64,000 nt of DNA from a bacterium (GTDB lineage: Bacteria; Armatimonadota; Zipacnadia; Zipacnadales; UBA11051), in the NCBI GenBank assembly GCA_030604405.1, contig JAUVVY010000004.1:86853-150852 (forward strand). The letters run 5' to 3'. This document shows, piece after piece, positions 49,409-58,488 of this stretch. Positions within the stretch are counted from its first letter, which is position 1. The number at the start of each line of letters is the position of its first letter. A program made the position numbers and the translations under genes. The notes beneath the pieces were generated by a model. The model worked only from the letters and a program-made list of their open reading frames with translations. It searched no databases and was not told the origin of the DNA.

Positions 49409-50503
49409 TCAACTCGTTTCGAATTCCCTGACCAGTTGCACGTAGCGCTGATAGGCGGCGAAGGAGATATCGGGCAGAATCATGTCGTCCACTGCCGGAA
49501 TGTAGCCGCCCTGTTCCATCAGCCACGGTACCTTGGCGTAGAACTCCTTCTCAACCGCTTCCGGCCCGTCCATCAGCGCCTGCCGACCTATGTTGCCCAT
49601 AAGCAGCAGATCCCGCCCGTATTCCTTGCGCAGCTTAACTGCATCCATGTCAGCGGCCACTTCAAGCGGCCCAAACAGGTTGATGCCGGTCTCCAGATAC
49701 GCCGGGATGAGTGGCTCGATGTTGCCGCTGGTGTAGTGGCCGACATAGTTCACACCATTGCTGTGCAGAAAATCACACACGCGCTTGAGATACGGCATCC
49801 ACAGCTTCCGGTACATCTCCGGCGAGATGAGAGTACTGTTCTTGTACCCGATGCCATCCTCCATGAAGAACATGTAGTCAACCCGCGTGGCTTCCACCAC
49901 CGGCCGCATCAGTTCGATCAAAAAGTCGGCCCAGAAATCGAAGATGTCCTCCACAAACGCCGGCTCGTCAATCAGGACCTCCAGAAACCTCTCGAGCCCC
50001 ATCATGCAGCCACTTTTCGGGCCGCGCCCCGGGCCCCAGTGCGACCAGATCCACACGGGACGGTCTAAGCTGCTATAGTATTCCAGCAGCTCCTCGCTCC
50101 ATTCTTTCGGGTAGCGGCGCAGGTCGCGCGGATCGTGACGCTGCTTCATGCGCTCCCAGTCTGCACGTGTCTCCACGGCACCCTTGAGGTAGTAATAGAT
50201 CGTCGGAGTGACGCTTTTTTCTTTCAGGGTTTTGACGGTAGTGCCATACCGGTCAATCGTTATCACCCACTCGTCGTCCTCGTGGATGATGCGCGGGATG
50301 AAGGCGGGAATCGGCCCGTCATCGAGGCCGACTCTCTCGGCGCGCTCGATACCGAAGTAGTCGAATGGGTTCATCTGGGCGGGGTAGCCCTGTGCGACCC
50401 AGGTTCGCAGGCCGCCCTCAGTGAACCCTTCCAGGTCCCACAGGGGAATGCGATCCGGTGTTTCGAAGTTCATTATGGCGTGGAAACATTGTCGAGAGGT
50501 CAT
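49409..50503 (-). CDS. uroporphyrinogen-decarboxylase (URO-D) family protein
   Basis: Start at internal MTSRQCF with a perfect RBS aaggagg. Third URO-D-like protein in the window. Confidence 0.6.
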   Translation of the reverse strand: MTSRQCFHAIMNFETPDRIPLWDLEGFTEGGLRTWVAQGYPAQMNPFDYFGIERAERVGLDDGPIPAFIPRIIHEDDEWVITIDRYGTTVKTLKEKSVTPTIYYYLKGAVETRADWERMKQRHDPRDLRRYPKEWSEELLEYYSSLDRPVWIWSHWGPGRGPKSGCMMGLERFLEVLIDEPAFVEDIFDFWADFLIELMRPVVEATRVDYMFFMEDGIGYKNSTLISPEMYRKLWMPYLKRVCDFLHSNGVNYVGHYTSGNIEPLIPAYLETGINLFGPLEVAADMDAVKLRKEYGRDLLLMGNIGRQALMDGPEAVEKEFYAKVPWLMEQGGYIPAVDDMILPDISFAAYQRYVQLVREFETS

Positions 50504-50556
50504 TCGTTCCTCCTTGCAGCGGCAACCACAGCGGGCCGTCTGTTCGCCCCGGCCCT

Positions 50557-51651
50557 CTACCACTCTCTGGGGTCGGGAACTTCCACCGGCTCGCTGCCGG
50601 CTTCGGCCGACATATGCGCGCAGATGCCCGGAAGCGTCATGTCCAGGGCCTCATAGACATCAATCGGCGGGTCGGTGTCATTGATAATAGACTGGACGAA
50701 ATCGTCCACCATGAAGTACTCGCTGCTGCCGTGTCCGCCGGTCAGTGCCTCGGGCGGCGCGCCGGGGTGGTCGGCGTCACAGTCGAAGAGCATCGGCCCG
50801 CTGAGCTTGTCGTACTTTTCGCGGTACAGCCGGTGCGGGCTGGCCGTGGTGACGGTGCCAAAGCGCGATGACTCGATCTGCCCCTCGGTGCCGTAGATGG
50901 TGAACCAGTGATGTGGCGGCTGCTTGGCTACCGAAAAGCTGCACAGCAGCTTGAGCGTCACATTCTTGGCGGTTTTGAACAGGCCGACTTCCATATCAAT
51001 GCAGCCGATGTCCGGGCGGCGGCGGTTGCCGGTGTGCATGCCGACCGCCGTGACGCAGCGGTCGTGGCACATCTGGATGATCGGCCCCAGGTCGTGGGTG
51101 CAGTAGTAGATCGGCGGCATACTCGCGCGCCATGCCAGTTCCCCTTTCTTCCCGCCGGCGCCGTCCGCTTGCCGGACCATGCCCTCCTCGTATGGGTGCA
51201 CGTACTCAGCCTCGGCGTAGATGATCTCGCCCAGTTCGCCCGCCTCGACTATCTGGCGGTAGGTCTGCACCCAGGGAAAGTAGCTCATGTTCTCAGCGAA
51301 GCTGTACTTGGCCTCGCTGGTCTTGACCGCCGCCACCAGCGTCTGGGCTTCCTCGATGCTAGAGACCGCCGGCACCTCGCCCAGCACGTGTTTGCCCGCC
51401 TCCAGGCACGCGATGGACTGCTCGGCATGCAGCGGCAGCGGCGTGGCGATGTATATTACCTCGCAGTCGCTTTCCAGCAGCTCCTCGAAGCTGCCGTAGG
51501 CGTTGGGGACAGCGAACTCTTTTGCCGCCGCCTGTGCCTTGTCCGGATTGTGGTCGGCCACCGCGTACAGCTCGCAATCTTTGTGATGGGCAAAAACGCT
51601 GGCCGGCCCCAGTCCCCGAAACAATCCGACTACACCGATCTTCAGTGCCAT
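50557..51651 (-). CDS. Gfo/Idh/MocA family oxidoreductase (tandem paralog 1)
   Basis: MALKIGVVGLFRG. C-terminal ...PVEVPDPREW, shared with the neighbour. Confidence 0.75.
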   Translation of the reverse strand: MALKIGVVGLFRGLGPASVFAHHKDCELYAVADHNPDKAQAAAKEFAVPNAYGSFEELLESDCEVIYIATPLPLHAEQSIACLEAGKHVLGEVPAVSSIEEAQTLVAAVKTSEAKYSFAENMSYFPWVQTYRQIVEAGELGEIIYAEAEYVHPYEEGMVRQADGAGGKKGELAWRASMPPIYYCTHDLGPIIQMCHDRCVTAVGMHTGNRRRPDIGCIDMEVGLFKTAKNVTLKLLCSFSVAKQPPHHWFTIYGTEGQIESSRFGTVTTASPHRLYREKYDKLSGPMLFDCDADHPGAPPEALTGGHGSSEYFMVDDFVQSIINDTDPPIDVYEALDMTLPGICAHMSAEAGSEPVEVPDPREW

Positions 51652-51907
51652 AATCTTATGCCTCCCTTAATTGTGCTCCCATCAGGCAGATGTTTGCCTG
51701 TCACCGTTGCCGTTGCTTTTCGGAGGGGCCGCGTCGAGCGTGGCGAGCCCGGCCCACGCAGGACGCTATCCTGGCGAGATCTTCAGAGCCAAACGCTGAA
51801 TGACAACGGCTGGGCCAGCCTTGAAAGCTTCGCAAAGCTTCCTGTGACAGGCCCCTCCATTACGACTAACGACTCCAGGCCCCCGCAACATGGCAAAGCT
51901 CTCGCGC

Positions 51908-53005
51908 CTACCATTCCCTCGGATCCGGTACTGCCACCGGCTCGCCGCCGTTTTCCGCCGAGATGTGCGCGCAGATGCCCGGCAGCGTCCAATCCAGCCC
52001 CTCATAGACATCTATCGGCGGCTTGGTGTCATTGAGGATGCACTGCACAAACTCGTCCACCATGAAGTATTCGCTGGTGCCGTGACCGCCGACGGTGGCT
52101 TCCGCCGGGGCGGAGGGGTCGTTATTGGGCACATGCAACGTCATCGGCCCGCCGAGCTTGTCGTACTTCTCCCGATACAGCCGGTGCGTGCTGCAGCCGG
52201 CCTCCACCGCAAAGCGGCTCTGCTCGATCTGCCCCTCGGTGCCATAGACGCAGAACCAGTGATGCGCCGGCTCCTTGGCCGTCGCGAAGCCGCAAAGCTG
52301 CTTGATCGTGACGTTCCTGGCGGTCTTCAGCAGCGCCACTTCCATGTCAATGACGCCCAGGTCGGTTCGCCGCCGGCAGCCCGTGTGCATGCCCACTGCC
52401 GTCACGCAGCGGTCCTCAAGCCACTGCAGCAGCGGCCCTAAATCGTGGGTGCAGTAGTGTATCGGCGGCAGGCTCGCGCGCCAGGTCGGCTTGCCCTCAA
52501 CGCCGCCGCCCATGCCATCGGGCCGGCCTTCCATCAGGCTCTCGCAGTTGTGGATGTACTCGCCCTCGGCATAGATTATCTCGCCCAGTTCGCCATCGCG
52601 CACCAGGTCCCAGTACATCTGGCAATACGGAAAGTAGCACATATTCTCGGCGAAGCTATACTTCAGGCCGGACTCCCTGACGGCCTTAACTAGCTCCTGG
52701 CCGCCCTCGATGCTGGGCACCGCCGGCACCTCGCACTGCACGTGCTTGCCCGCCCGCAGCGCAGCAACCGAATGTTCCGCATGAAGCGGCGCGGGCGTAG
52801 CGACGAACACTGCGTCTATGTCGGCCTCCAGCATGTCGTCGAGTTCATCATACCGCTGCGGCACTTCGAGCCTGTCGCACAGCGCCTTGAGGAGGTCGGG
52901 ATTTCTATCCGCGACAGCGACGAGTTCGCAGTCTTTATGGTCCTTGAAGACGCTCGCTGGCCCGCTACCTCTTCCGGCACCGACTACGCCGATCCGCAGG
53001 GACAT
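51908..53005 (-). CDS. Gfo/Idh/MocA family oxidoreductase (tandem paralog 2)
   Basis: MSLRIGVVGAGRG. About 60% identical to 50557..51651, with the same C-terminus PVAVPDPREW. Confidence 0.75.
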   Translation of the reverse strand: MSLRIGVVGAGRGSGPASVFKDHKDCELVAVADRNPDLLKALCDRLEVPQRYDELDDMLEADIDAVFVATPAPLHAEHSVAALRAGKHVQCEVPAVPSIEGGQELVKAVRESGLKYSFAENMCYFPYCQMYWDLVRDGELGEIIYAEGEYIHNCESLMEGRPDGMGGGVEGKPTWRASLPPIHYCTHDLGPLLQWLEDRCVTAVGMHTGCRRRTDLGVIDMEVALLKTARNVTIKQLCGFATAKEPAHHWFCVYGTEGQIEQSRFAVEAGCSTHRLYREKYDKLGGPMTLHVPNNDPSAPAEATVGGHGTSEYFMVDEFVQCILNDTKPPIDVYEGLDWTLPGICAHISAENGGEPVAVPDPREW

Positions 53006-53037
53006 GGAATATAGCCTCCGTTGCTGGGTTCACTCAA

Positions 53038-53100
53038 AGTCGAGGGGTATATTCGGGGAGGATGGCTGATTGTCCTTCAGGAGCTCGGCTTTGGAGTGAT
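53038..53100. repeat. R1: imperfect copy of the ruvB 3' terminus (att-like direct repeat)
   Basis: tcaaagtcgaggggtatattcggggaggatggctgattgtccttcaggagctcgg is about 74% identical to the ruvB 3' end at 56665..56740. On the minus strand it encodes ...SPNIPLDFE*, compared with RuvB ...SPANIPLDFE*. Confidence 0.55.
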
Positions 53101-53225
53101 AGCATAACAGAGGGAGGGCATGACGTTGCGTTTTGCTATCTCCTCACAAGCCGGTGCCGAGCAGACTTGGGTATGCGTAGTCATATTGGGGTATCACTCC
53201 GTATTGTCGCAGATCGCTGAAGTTG

Positions 53226-53300
53226 CTACTTCAAACCGAGGGCTATATTCGGGGAGCACGCCTCTTCATCCTTCGGCGGCTGAAGGTTCGTATGGCGCTA
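53226..53300. repeat. R2: second imperfect copy of the ruvB 3' terminus
   Basis: tcaaaccgagggctatattcggggagcacgcctcttcatccttcggcggctgaaggttcg. Its minus-strand reading ends ...SPNIALGLK*. Confidence 0.5.
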
Positions 53301-53375
53301 GGGGTACGCAATGATGCTGCAGCCGCAGGAACTCGGAATCAAGGACCCGGTGTTGAGCGACCAGACCTCGACCAC

Positions 53376-54377
53376 CTACTGCAATGGGGGCTCGTTTTCA
53401 TCGAGTGTAGTAGTCCACTCGTTCTCGGGCGGGCCTCCGACGCTGAAGAATTTCTCGCCGTCGTAGTGAATCATGTGATCTGGAACCTCCGCAACCCAGA
53501 CCTCAGTTTCCCAGGCAATGTCATTCACGTGCTTCTTCAGCTCTGTGAATGATGGGAAGGCAGATACGTAAATCCGTTGGACTTCGCATCCAGAAAGGAT
53601 TTCTTCGAGTTCATTCCATCGCTTTGGAGAAACCGGCCCATGACTTGTCACTACCTCCACCAGCACAAGCAGTTGGCGCTGCTCCCAGAAGAGCACTACG
53701 TCAGCCAGTTTCCCGTGCTCAGCCAGTTGAACTCCGAAGTCCAGAAGCTGTGGTGCATCGATGAAGAGTGCTTTTTCTGCCGTGTCGCCGAAGTATAGAA
53801 TCCTGGCTCCTGGCGTGAATCGCGGCGCAAAATCTTGGACCACAGCGGCCTGCAGCTGGTTGTGCGCGCCTGGCGAAAGCACGAACTTCTGACCGTTCGC
53901 CGTCACGACCTCTATCTGGGCAAGTTCTCTGGGCTTCTGATAGAGTTCCGCAAGAGACCCTGCGCACGCTCTGAACTTGCTGGCGCTCTGTTCCCAATTC
54001 CCAGCGCCGAACCTCTGAAGAACCTCGTGAGCTTCCGGCGTTAGTCGATAGTTTGTGTTCGGGCTATTGGTGGGACGTTTGGGATCGTCCGCATTACGCA
54101 CCACAACAGCCGCCTGCTCAAGTTGGTGAAGCACTTGGCGACGCACGGTCTCCCGCGTGTTCTCGGCGTACGCTCTGCCATATCTCTCATTGATAAACAA
54201 CAGAATATTGTGAGGTCGTGTCGGCACCGCGACTGAATTTCTCCATGCATCCTGTGGCCCCAAGTTTGCTAGCGATAACAACGTCAAGGCGGAGAATTCA
54301 TTTTGCTGCGCGACTGGCAGCCCAAGTGCTTTCAGAATCGCCTGTGCCTCGGCTATGCGCATTTCAACACTATCCAT
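53376..54377 (-). CDS. type II restriction endonuclease, BsuBI/PstI-like (inferred)
   Basis: 333 aa. It overlaps by 8 nt the upstream gamma-class N6-adenine methyltransferase in the same operon. The N-terminal AILKALGLPVAQQNEFSALTLLSLANLG resembles the BsuBI/PstI N-domain. Lower GC than its surroundings. Confidence 0.5.
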   Translation of the reverse strand: MDSVEMRIAEAQAILKALGLPVAQQNEFSALTLLSLANLGPQDAWRNSVAVPTRPHNILLFINERYGRAYAENTRETVRRQVLHQLEQAAVVVRNADDPKRPTNSPNTNYRLTPEAHEVLQRFGAGNWEQSASKFRACAGSLAELYQKPRELAQIEVVTANGQKFVLSPGAHNQLQAAVVQDFAPRFTPGARILYFGDTAEKALFIDAPQLLDFGVQLAEHGKLADVVLFWEQRQLLVLVEVVTSHGPVSPKRWNELEEILSGCEVQRIYVSAFPSFTELKKHVNDIAWETEVWVAEVPDHMIHYDGEKFFSVGGPPENEWTTTLDENEPPLQ

Positions 54378-56013
54378 CTATTGTCTCACCCTCTGATACT
54401 AGACCTGCCGGCGCACCCAGCACCGTCTCCACGATACTGTCTAGCGTGCGGCTGGTGCTTTGTTGAATTTCTATGCCGATTGCCCTAATGACATCCATGG
54501 CTGGCAGAGGCAGTGCGCGTAGCTCGGTCGCATTTACTTGCGTATGGCCGTTTAGTATGCGGAAATACGTATCGACGAGTCGGCTGTTTAGCAAGCCGGC
54601 AAGACCATACGTCTCATCCATTGTTAGAGCGCCCTCCACCCTGTAAATATAATTCAGATGGTTCTCCAATCCAATGTACGGAGCGTCCAGGTCACCTCTA
54701 GTCAGGGGCGCGGCTACGATGCGCTTCTTTTGCTCCTTCGATGTAAACCGTCTTGTTAACACGTAATTGTCTAGAGGCACGAGAAGCTTCATGGACTCTG
54801 GCGATATCATGATACCTTGTGGTTTTTCGAGTTGCTCTAGCGGCCAATCGATATCCATCACGTCCACATTGTTCAGCATCAATAGCGGAGCCACGTCAGT
54901 CAGTGGTTTGCCTCGCCATGTGAAGTCCCTATTATGGTACCGCAAAAGGGCTTTTGCACGGAAAGCTACTACGGGACCCGTGGATACCTCCACCGCCAGA
55001 GATCTTAGGGTGTGTGGCCATGACAACATCCACTTGCGCAATTGCTCCTGCGCCTGCGTTGTGGGTATAAAAAGCATCTTCTCATAGGAAGTTAGATCAA
55101 TCACGCTTGGCAACGGTACCTGTATCCGATGGCGGTTCGAGATGTCGGAGATTCCGCGACTGCTGGAAATACCGACGAGGCGCTTGGCCCCCAATCCGCT
55201 TACATCTGCGCTACGTCTACGCACTCGCATGATCACGTTTTCCTGCAATACGTCATCTTTCGCAAAAGTATCCTTACGAGAGTCAAAGAGGTGGATGGCT
55301 TCAGGCACAGTGATTCGAAGCAATGCCTGGCGGAAACATCGAAAGTATAAACCAGTGGTAAAGCTCCTCGGCGAGATTGAGACCATGGTTCCGTTAGGCA
55401 CCAGAAGATGGGCAGCAATACCCATACAGATCGCGTAGATATTGGGCTGCCCATGCACAAGTTCTTTGGCTCTTTGAGCTCGCGGGTCCAGCTTTCGGAG
55501 CTTGAAATAGGGGGGATTCATTATGACCCGGCTGTACCTTGCACATGGTTGTCCCCAGAGAGTGCCTGAGCCTAAAGCCTCCCCATTCGCTAACACGAAA
55601 TCCTCTTTGATCACCGACGCATGCACGTTGCACCCGCGCTGGCTAGCCCACTGTCGTGCGTGCCCCAGAACGCGCGCTGCCAGGCAAGCCAAATCTGGGT
55701 CATTCTCATACGCATCTACGTGGAGTACTCTTGTCGTCCTATCGGCGACCGCCTTCTCGACTAATGCGCAAGTCAGTATTCCAGTGCCCGCACCCACGTC
55801 AAGGATACGCTCCTCCTTCCGGTCCAATTCGCACCACTGCGCCATGAAGTGTGCTATCTCTGGAGGCGTGAAGTACTGCCCTCGTTCCTTTTTGCGTTCT
55901 TCAGAAACGTTCTCCGCAAACCAGTGGGCTAGCATATCCGCATAGCTCACAGGTGACATATCCTGTGCTGGCTCGAGCAGGCCTGCGCTTCGAATAGCAT
56001 CACCAGTCAGCAT
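54370..56013 (-). CDS. N6-adenine DNA methyltransferase (Eco57I/PstI-like gamma class)
   Basis: GQYFTPPEIAHFM (motif X/I region), LDVGAGTGIL (AdoMet binding), VIMNPPYFK (NPPY motif IV). 547 aa. Confidence 0.8.
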   Translation of the reverse strand: MLTGDAIRSAGLLEPAQDMSPVSYADMLAHWFAENVSEERKKERGQYFTPPEIAHFMAQWCELDRKEERILDVGAGTGILTCALVEKAVADRTTRVLHVDAYENDPDLACLAARVLGHARQWASQRGCNVHASVIKEDFVLANGEALGSGTLWGQPCARYSRVIMNPPYFKLRKLDPRAQRAKELVHGQPNIYAICMGIAAHLLVPNGTMVSISPRSFTTGLYFRCFRQALLRITVPEAIHLFDSRKDTFAKDDVLQENVIMRVRRRSADVSGLGAKRLVGISSSRGISDISNRHRIQVPLPSVIDLTSYEKMLFIPTTQAQEQLRKWMLSWPHTLRSLAVEVSTGPVVAFRAKALLRYHNRDFTWRGKPLTDVAPLLMLNNVDVMDIDWPLEQLEKPQGIMISPESMKLLVPLDNYVLTRRFTSKEQKKRIVAAPLTRGDLDAPYIGLENHLNYIYRVEGALTMDETYGLAGLLNSRLVDTYFRILNGHTQVNATELRALPLPAMDVIRAIGIEIQQSTSRTLDSIVETVLGAPAGLVSEGETIDG

Positions 56014-56016
56014 TTC

Positions 56017-56520
56017 TCACTTCGCTCCGCGGACGATGAGAGAGTAGTCCTTCTTAGTGAGTCTCCGCATTGCTTGTCGGAAATAGAGACCCCAGTATTT
56101 CATTAACCGAGGCTCAACGAAACTCAACTTCTCCAGAAGTGGCCTTACAGGCTTGGGAGTTTTCCAAATCACCACATCGCTTAAGTCCAACTCAAGCTCC
56201 ATAAACGGAAGCTTTGGGACCCGGCGGGGGTCACTATAGTCCTCGAAAATCGCCCTTGTTTCGGAAGACACCCTCGCAGTTGCGGCAAAATAAGATCTGT
56301 TTGTCCCAGCCAAATAGAAAACAAGATAATCCCCCGGTTTAAGGGCTCGGCGGTTCGCCGCTGAATCGCCCATCTGCCAGGTGTTCTTCCGCAGTAACGC
56401 CTTGAGAGTCTTGTCTGCGGGTAGCACAAGGTCCCCGTACTCCAAATCGTTGACGGACACCATGAAATACGCAACGTCTTTCGCGCGGCTTAATCTCACG
56501 AGAGTCCCTCCACTGTGCAT
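56017..56520 (-). CDS. EVE/PUA-like domain protein (hypothetical; possibly binds modified bases)
   Basis: 167 aa. KPGDYLVFYLAGTNRSYFAATARV and the C-terminal DYSLI pattern resemble EVE (PUA-like) domains. It is first in the operon with the methyltransferase and endonuclease. Confidence 0.35.
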   Translation of the reverse strand: MHSGGTLVRLSRAKDVAYFMVSVNDLEYGDLVLPADKTLKALLRKNTWQMGDSAANRRALKPGDYLVFYLAGTNRSYFAATARVSSETRAIFEDYSDPRRVPKLPFMELELDLSDVVIWKTPKPVRPLLEKLSFVEPRLMKYWGLYFRQAMRRLTKKDYSLIVRGAK

Positions 56521-56661
56521 TTAAGTCCTTCGGCAGAAGCCTCGAAAGCACCGCTCAACCCGCTTGCCACCATCACCTACGACGTTCCCTTCGCCCAACA
56601 AGGCCCGAGTCGATGATCCGCCTATACCTTCATCGGTACCCCTTGTCGCCATCCTTACGTG

Positions 56662-56740
56662 CAGTGTCACTCAAAGTCCAATGGTATATTCGCCGGGGAT
56701 GGCTCTTTGTCCTCCGGCGGTTCGAGGTTCAGGTGGTCGT
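56662..56740. repeat. R3: the ruvB 3'-terminal segment itself, reference copy of the att-like repeat
   Basis: tcaaagtccaatggtatattcgccggggatggctctttgtcctccggcggttcgaggttc covers the last 20 or so codons of ruvB. It is homologous to R1 and R2. Confidence 0.55.
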
Positions 56741-57722
56741 AGGCGCGGGCGGTGACCTGGCGGCCGCGGGCCAGGCGAATCACGAACCCGATCTTCAGTA
56801 AGTACGGCTCCACAACCTCCTGCAAGGTGCCCTCGTCCTCGGCCAGCGTCGCGGCCACCGCGTTAAGACCCGCCGGACCACCGCCATAGTAACGAACGAT
56901 CGCCAGCAGGTACTTGCGGTCCAGTTCGTCAAGGCCCACAGCATCCACGCCCATCGCCGCCAGCGCCTCCTGGGCGATCTCGCAGGTGATCGAGCCATCG
57001 CCCTTGACCTGCGCATAGTCGCGCACTCGCCGCAGCAGCCGGTTGACGATACGCGCCGTCCCGCGCGCCCTGGTGGCAAGCTCGCTGCAGCCGTCCGGGG
57101 TCATCTCGATCTCCAGCAGCCGCGCCGACCGCTCTACGATTAGCTCCAACTGCTCGGGGGTGTAGAAGTCTATGTGGTGGAAGATGCCGAAGCGCTCGCG
57201 CATCGGCCCGGTCAGCAGTCCCGCGCGGGTGGTGGCGCCGATCAGCGTGAACGGCTCCAGGTGCAGCGGGATGGACTTGGCATAGGGGCCGCTGTCCACC
57301 ACGAAGTCAATCCGAAAATCCTCCATCGCCGAGTACAGGTACTCCTCGACGATGCGCGGCAGGCGGTGGACTTCGTCTATGAACAGCACGTCGCCGCGCT
57401 TGAGGTTGGTCAGGATGCCGACTAAGTCGGAGGGCCGCTCGATCGCCGGCCCGGAGCTGCGGGTGATCTCGGAGCCCATCTCGTGGGCGATGATATGGGC
57501 CAGCGTGGTCTTGCCGAGACCCGGCGGGCCGTGGAACAGGATATGCTCCAGCACATCGTCGCGCTCCCTGGCGGCATCTATGGACACGCGCAGGTTGTCT
57601 ATGAGCTGCCGCTGGCCCACATCGTATTCGTCCAGGGTCTCCGGGCGCAGGGCGAAGTTAATGTCGTCCTCTTCGCGCTGGTGGCCGGTTACAACTCTCT
57701 CACGGCCGGGTTGCTCATCCAT
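56667..57722 (-). CDS. ruvB: Holliday junction branch-migration ATPase RuvB
   Basis: LRPETLDEYDVGQ, GPPGLGKTTLA, DEVHRL, ATTRAGLLTGPMRERFG motifs. Start set at Met10 (RBS agagg); the upstream extension runs into the intergenic hairpins. Confidence 0.95.
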   Translation of the reverse strand: MDEQPGRERVVTGHQREEDDINFALRPETLDEYDVGQRQLIDNLRVSIDAARERDDVLEHILFHGPPGLGKTTLAHIIAHEMGSEITRSSGPAIERPSDLVGILTNLKRGDVLFIDEVHRLPRIVEEYLYSAMEDFRIDFVVDSGPYAKSIPLHLEPFTLIGATTRAGLLTGPMRERFGIFHHIDFYTPEQLELIVERSARLLEIEMTPDGCSELATRARGTARIVNRLLRRVRDYAQVKGDGSITCEIAQEALAAMGVDAVGLDELDRKYLLAIVRYYGGGPAGLNAVAATLAEDEGTLQEVVEPYLLKIGFVIRLARGRQVTARAYDHLNLEPPEDKEPSPANIPLDFE

Positions 57723-57756
57723 GTGGAACAGACCTCTGCCGGCCCTCACCCCTGAC

Positions 57757-57843
57757 CCCTCTCCCTGAGGGAGAGGGGAAAAGGCGCGCGGACTCGGATT
57801 TTAGTTTCGCATTAGCTGTCAACCCTCTCCCTCTGGGAGAGGG
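57757..57843. promoter_or_regulatory. two hairpins with identical 9-bp stems in the ruvA-ruvB spacer
   Basis: cccctctccc-tga-gggagagggg at 57757..57779 and accctctccc-tct-gggagagggt at 57823..57845. Confidence 0.5.
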
Positions 57844-57873
57844 TGGCCGAAGGCCGGGTGAGGGGCCGTTGTT

Positions 57874-58488
57874 CTAGCGCTTCAGCACTACCTTCACGAT
57901 CTCCTCGACGTCCGTCAACTCAGCACCTGAGGCATGGAGCGCCAGCACCGCCTGTATCGCCTCGTGTTCCGACACGCCGAGCTGCTGCAAGATCTCGATG
58001 GCCTGGGCCTCGGCGTCGCTTTCTACGGTCGCACCGGCGGCCACCGGCTCCAGTTCCTCGGCGCCGATGAACTGGCCGAGCTTACCCTGCAACTGAGCGA
58101 CCAACGCCTTGGCGGTGTTGGCGCCGACGCCCTGCAGGGACTTCAAGGTCTTGGTGTCGCCGATCTCGATGGCCTTGGCGTAGGTAGAAAGCGGGATGGT
58201 CATGCTGCGCAGCGCCGAGCGCGGGCCGAAGCGCGGCGCCTCGATGAGTTGCTCGAAAAAGTCGCGCTGGGCATCCGTCTCGAAGCCCATCAGCACCGGC
58301 GTACTGCGGGCCTGCTCCTGGTACAGATAGTGGAAAGTGTGCAGCTCGATTTCGGAGCCGACCGGGCGCTCGGCCAGCCGCTCGGCGGTGGAGGGCGCGA
58401 CCAGCACCTCGTAGCACAGATGCTCGGCCTGCAGCAGCACGTGCTCAGCGCCGACTTCGACGAGTTGTCCGCGGATGCGTCGTATCAA
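57874..58488 (-). CDS. ruvA: Holliday junction DNA helicase subunit RuvA
   Basis: 204 aa. OB-fold N-terminus, two HhH motifs (LQGVGANTAKALV), C-terminal domain III. Confidence 0.9.
   Translation of the reverse strand: MIRRIRGQLVEVGAEHVLLQAEHLCYEVLVAPSTAERLAERPVGSEIELHTFHYLYQEQARSTPVLMGFETDAQRDFFEQLIEAPRFGPRSALRSMTIPLSTYAKAIEIGDTKTLKSLQGVGANTAKALVAQLQGKLGQFIGAEELEPVAAGATVESDAEAQAIEILQQLGVSEHEAIQAVLALHASGAELTDVEEIVKVVLKR

Noticed and set aside
57723-57749. GTG-initiated N-terminal extension of ruvB
   Set aside because: The extension runs into the intergenic hairpin. Alignment to E. coli RuvB, which has about 20 residues before IRPK, fits the internal Met10.
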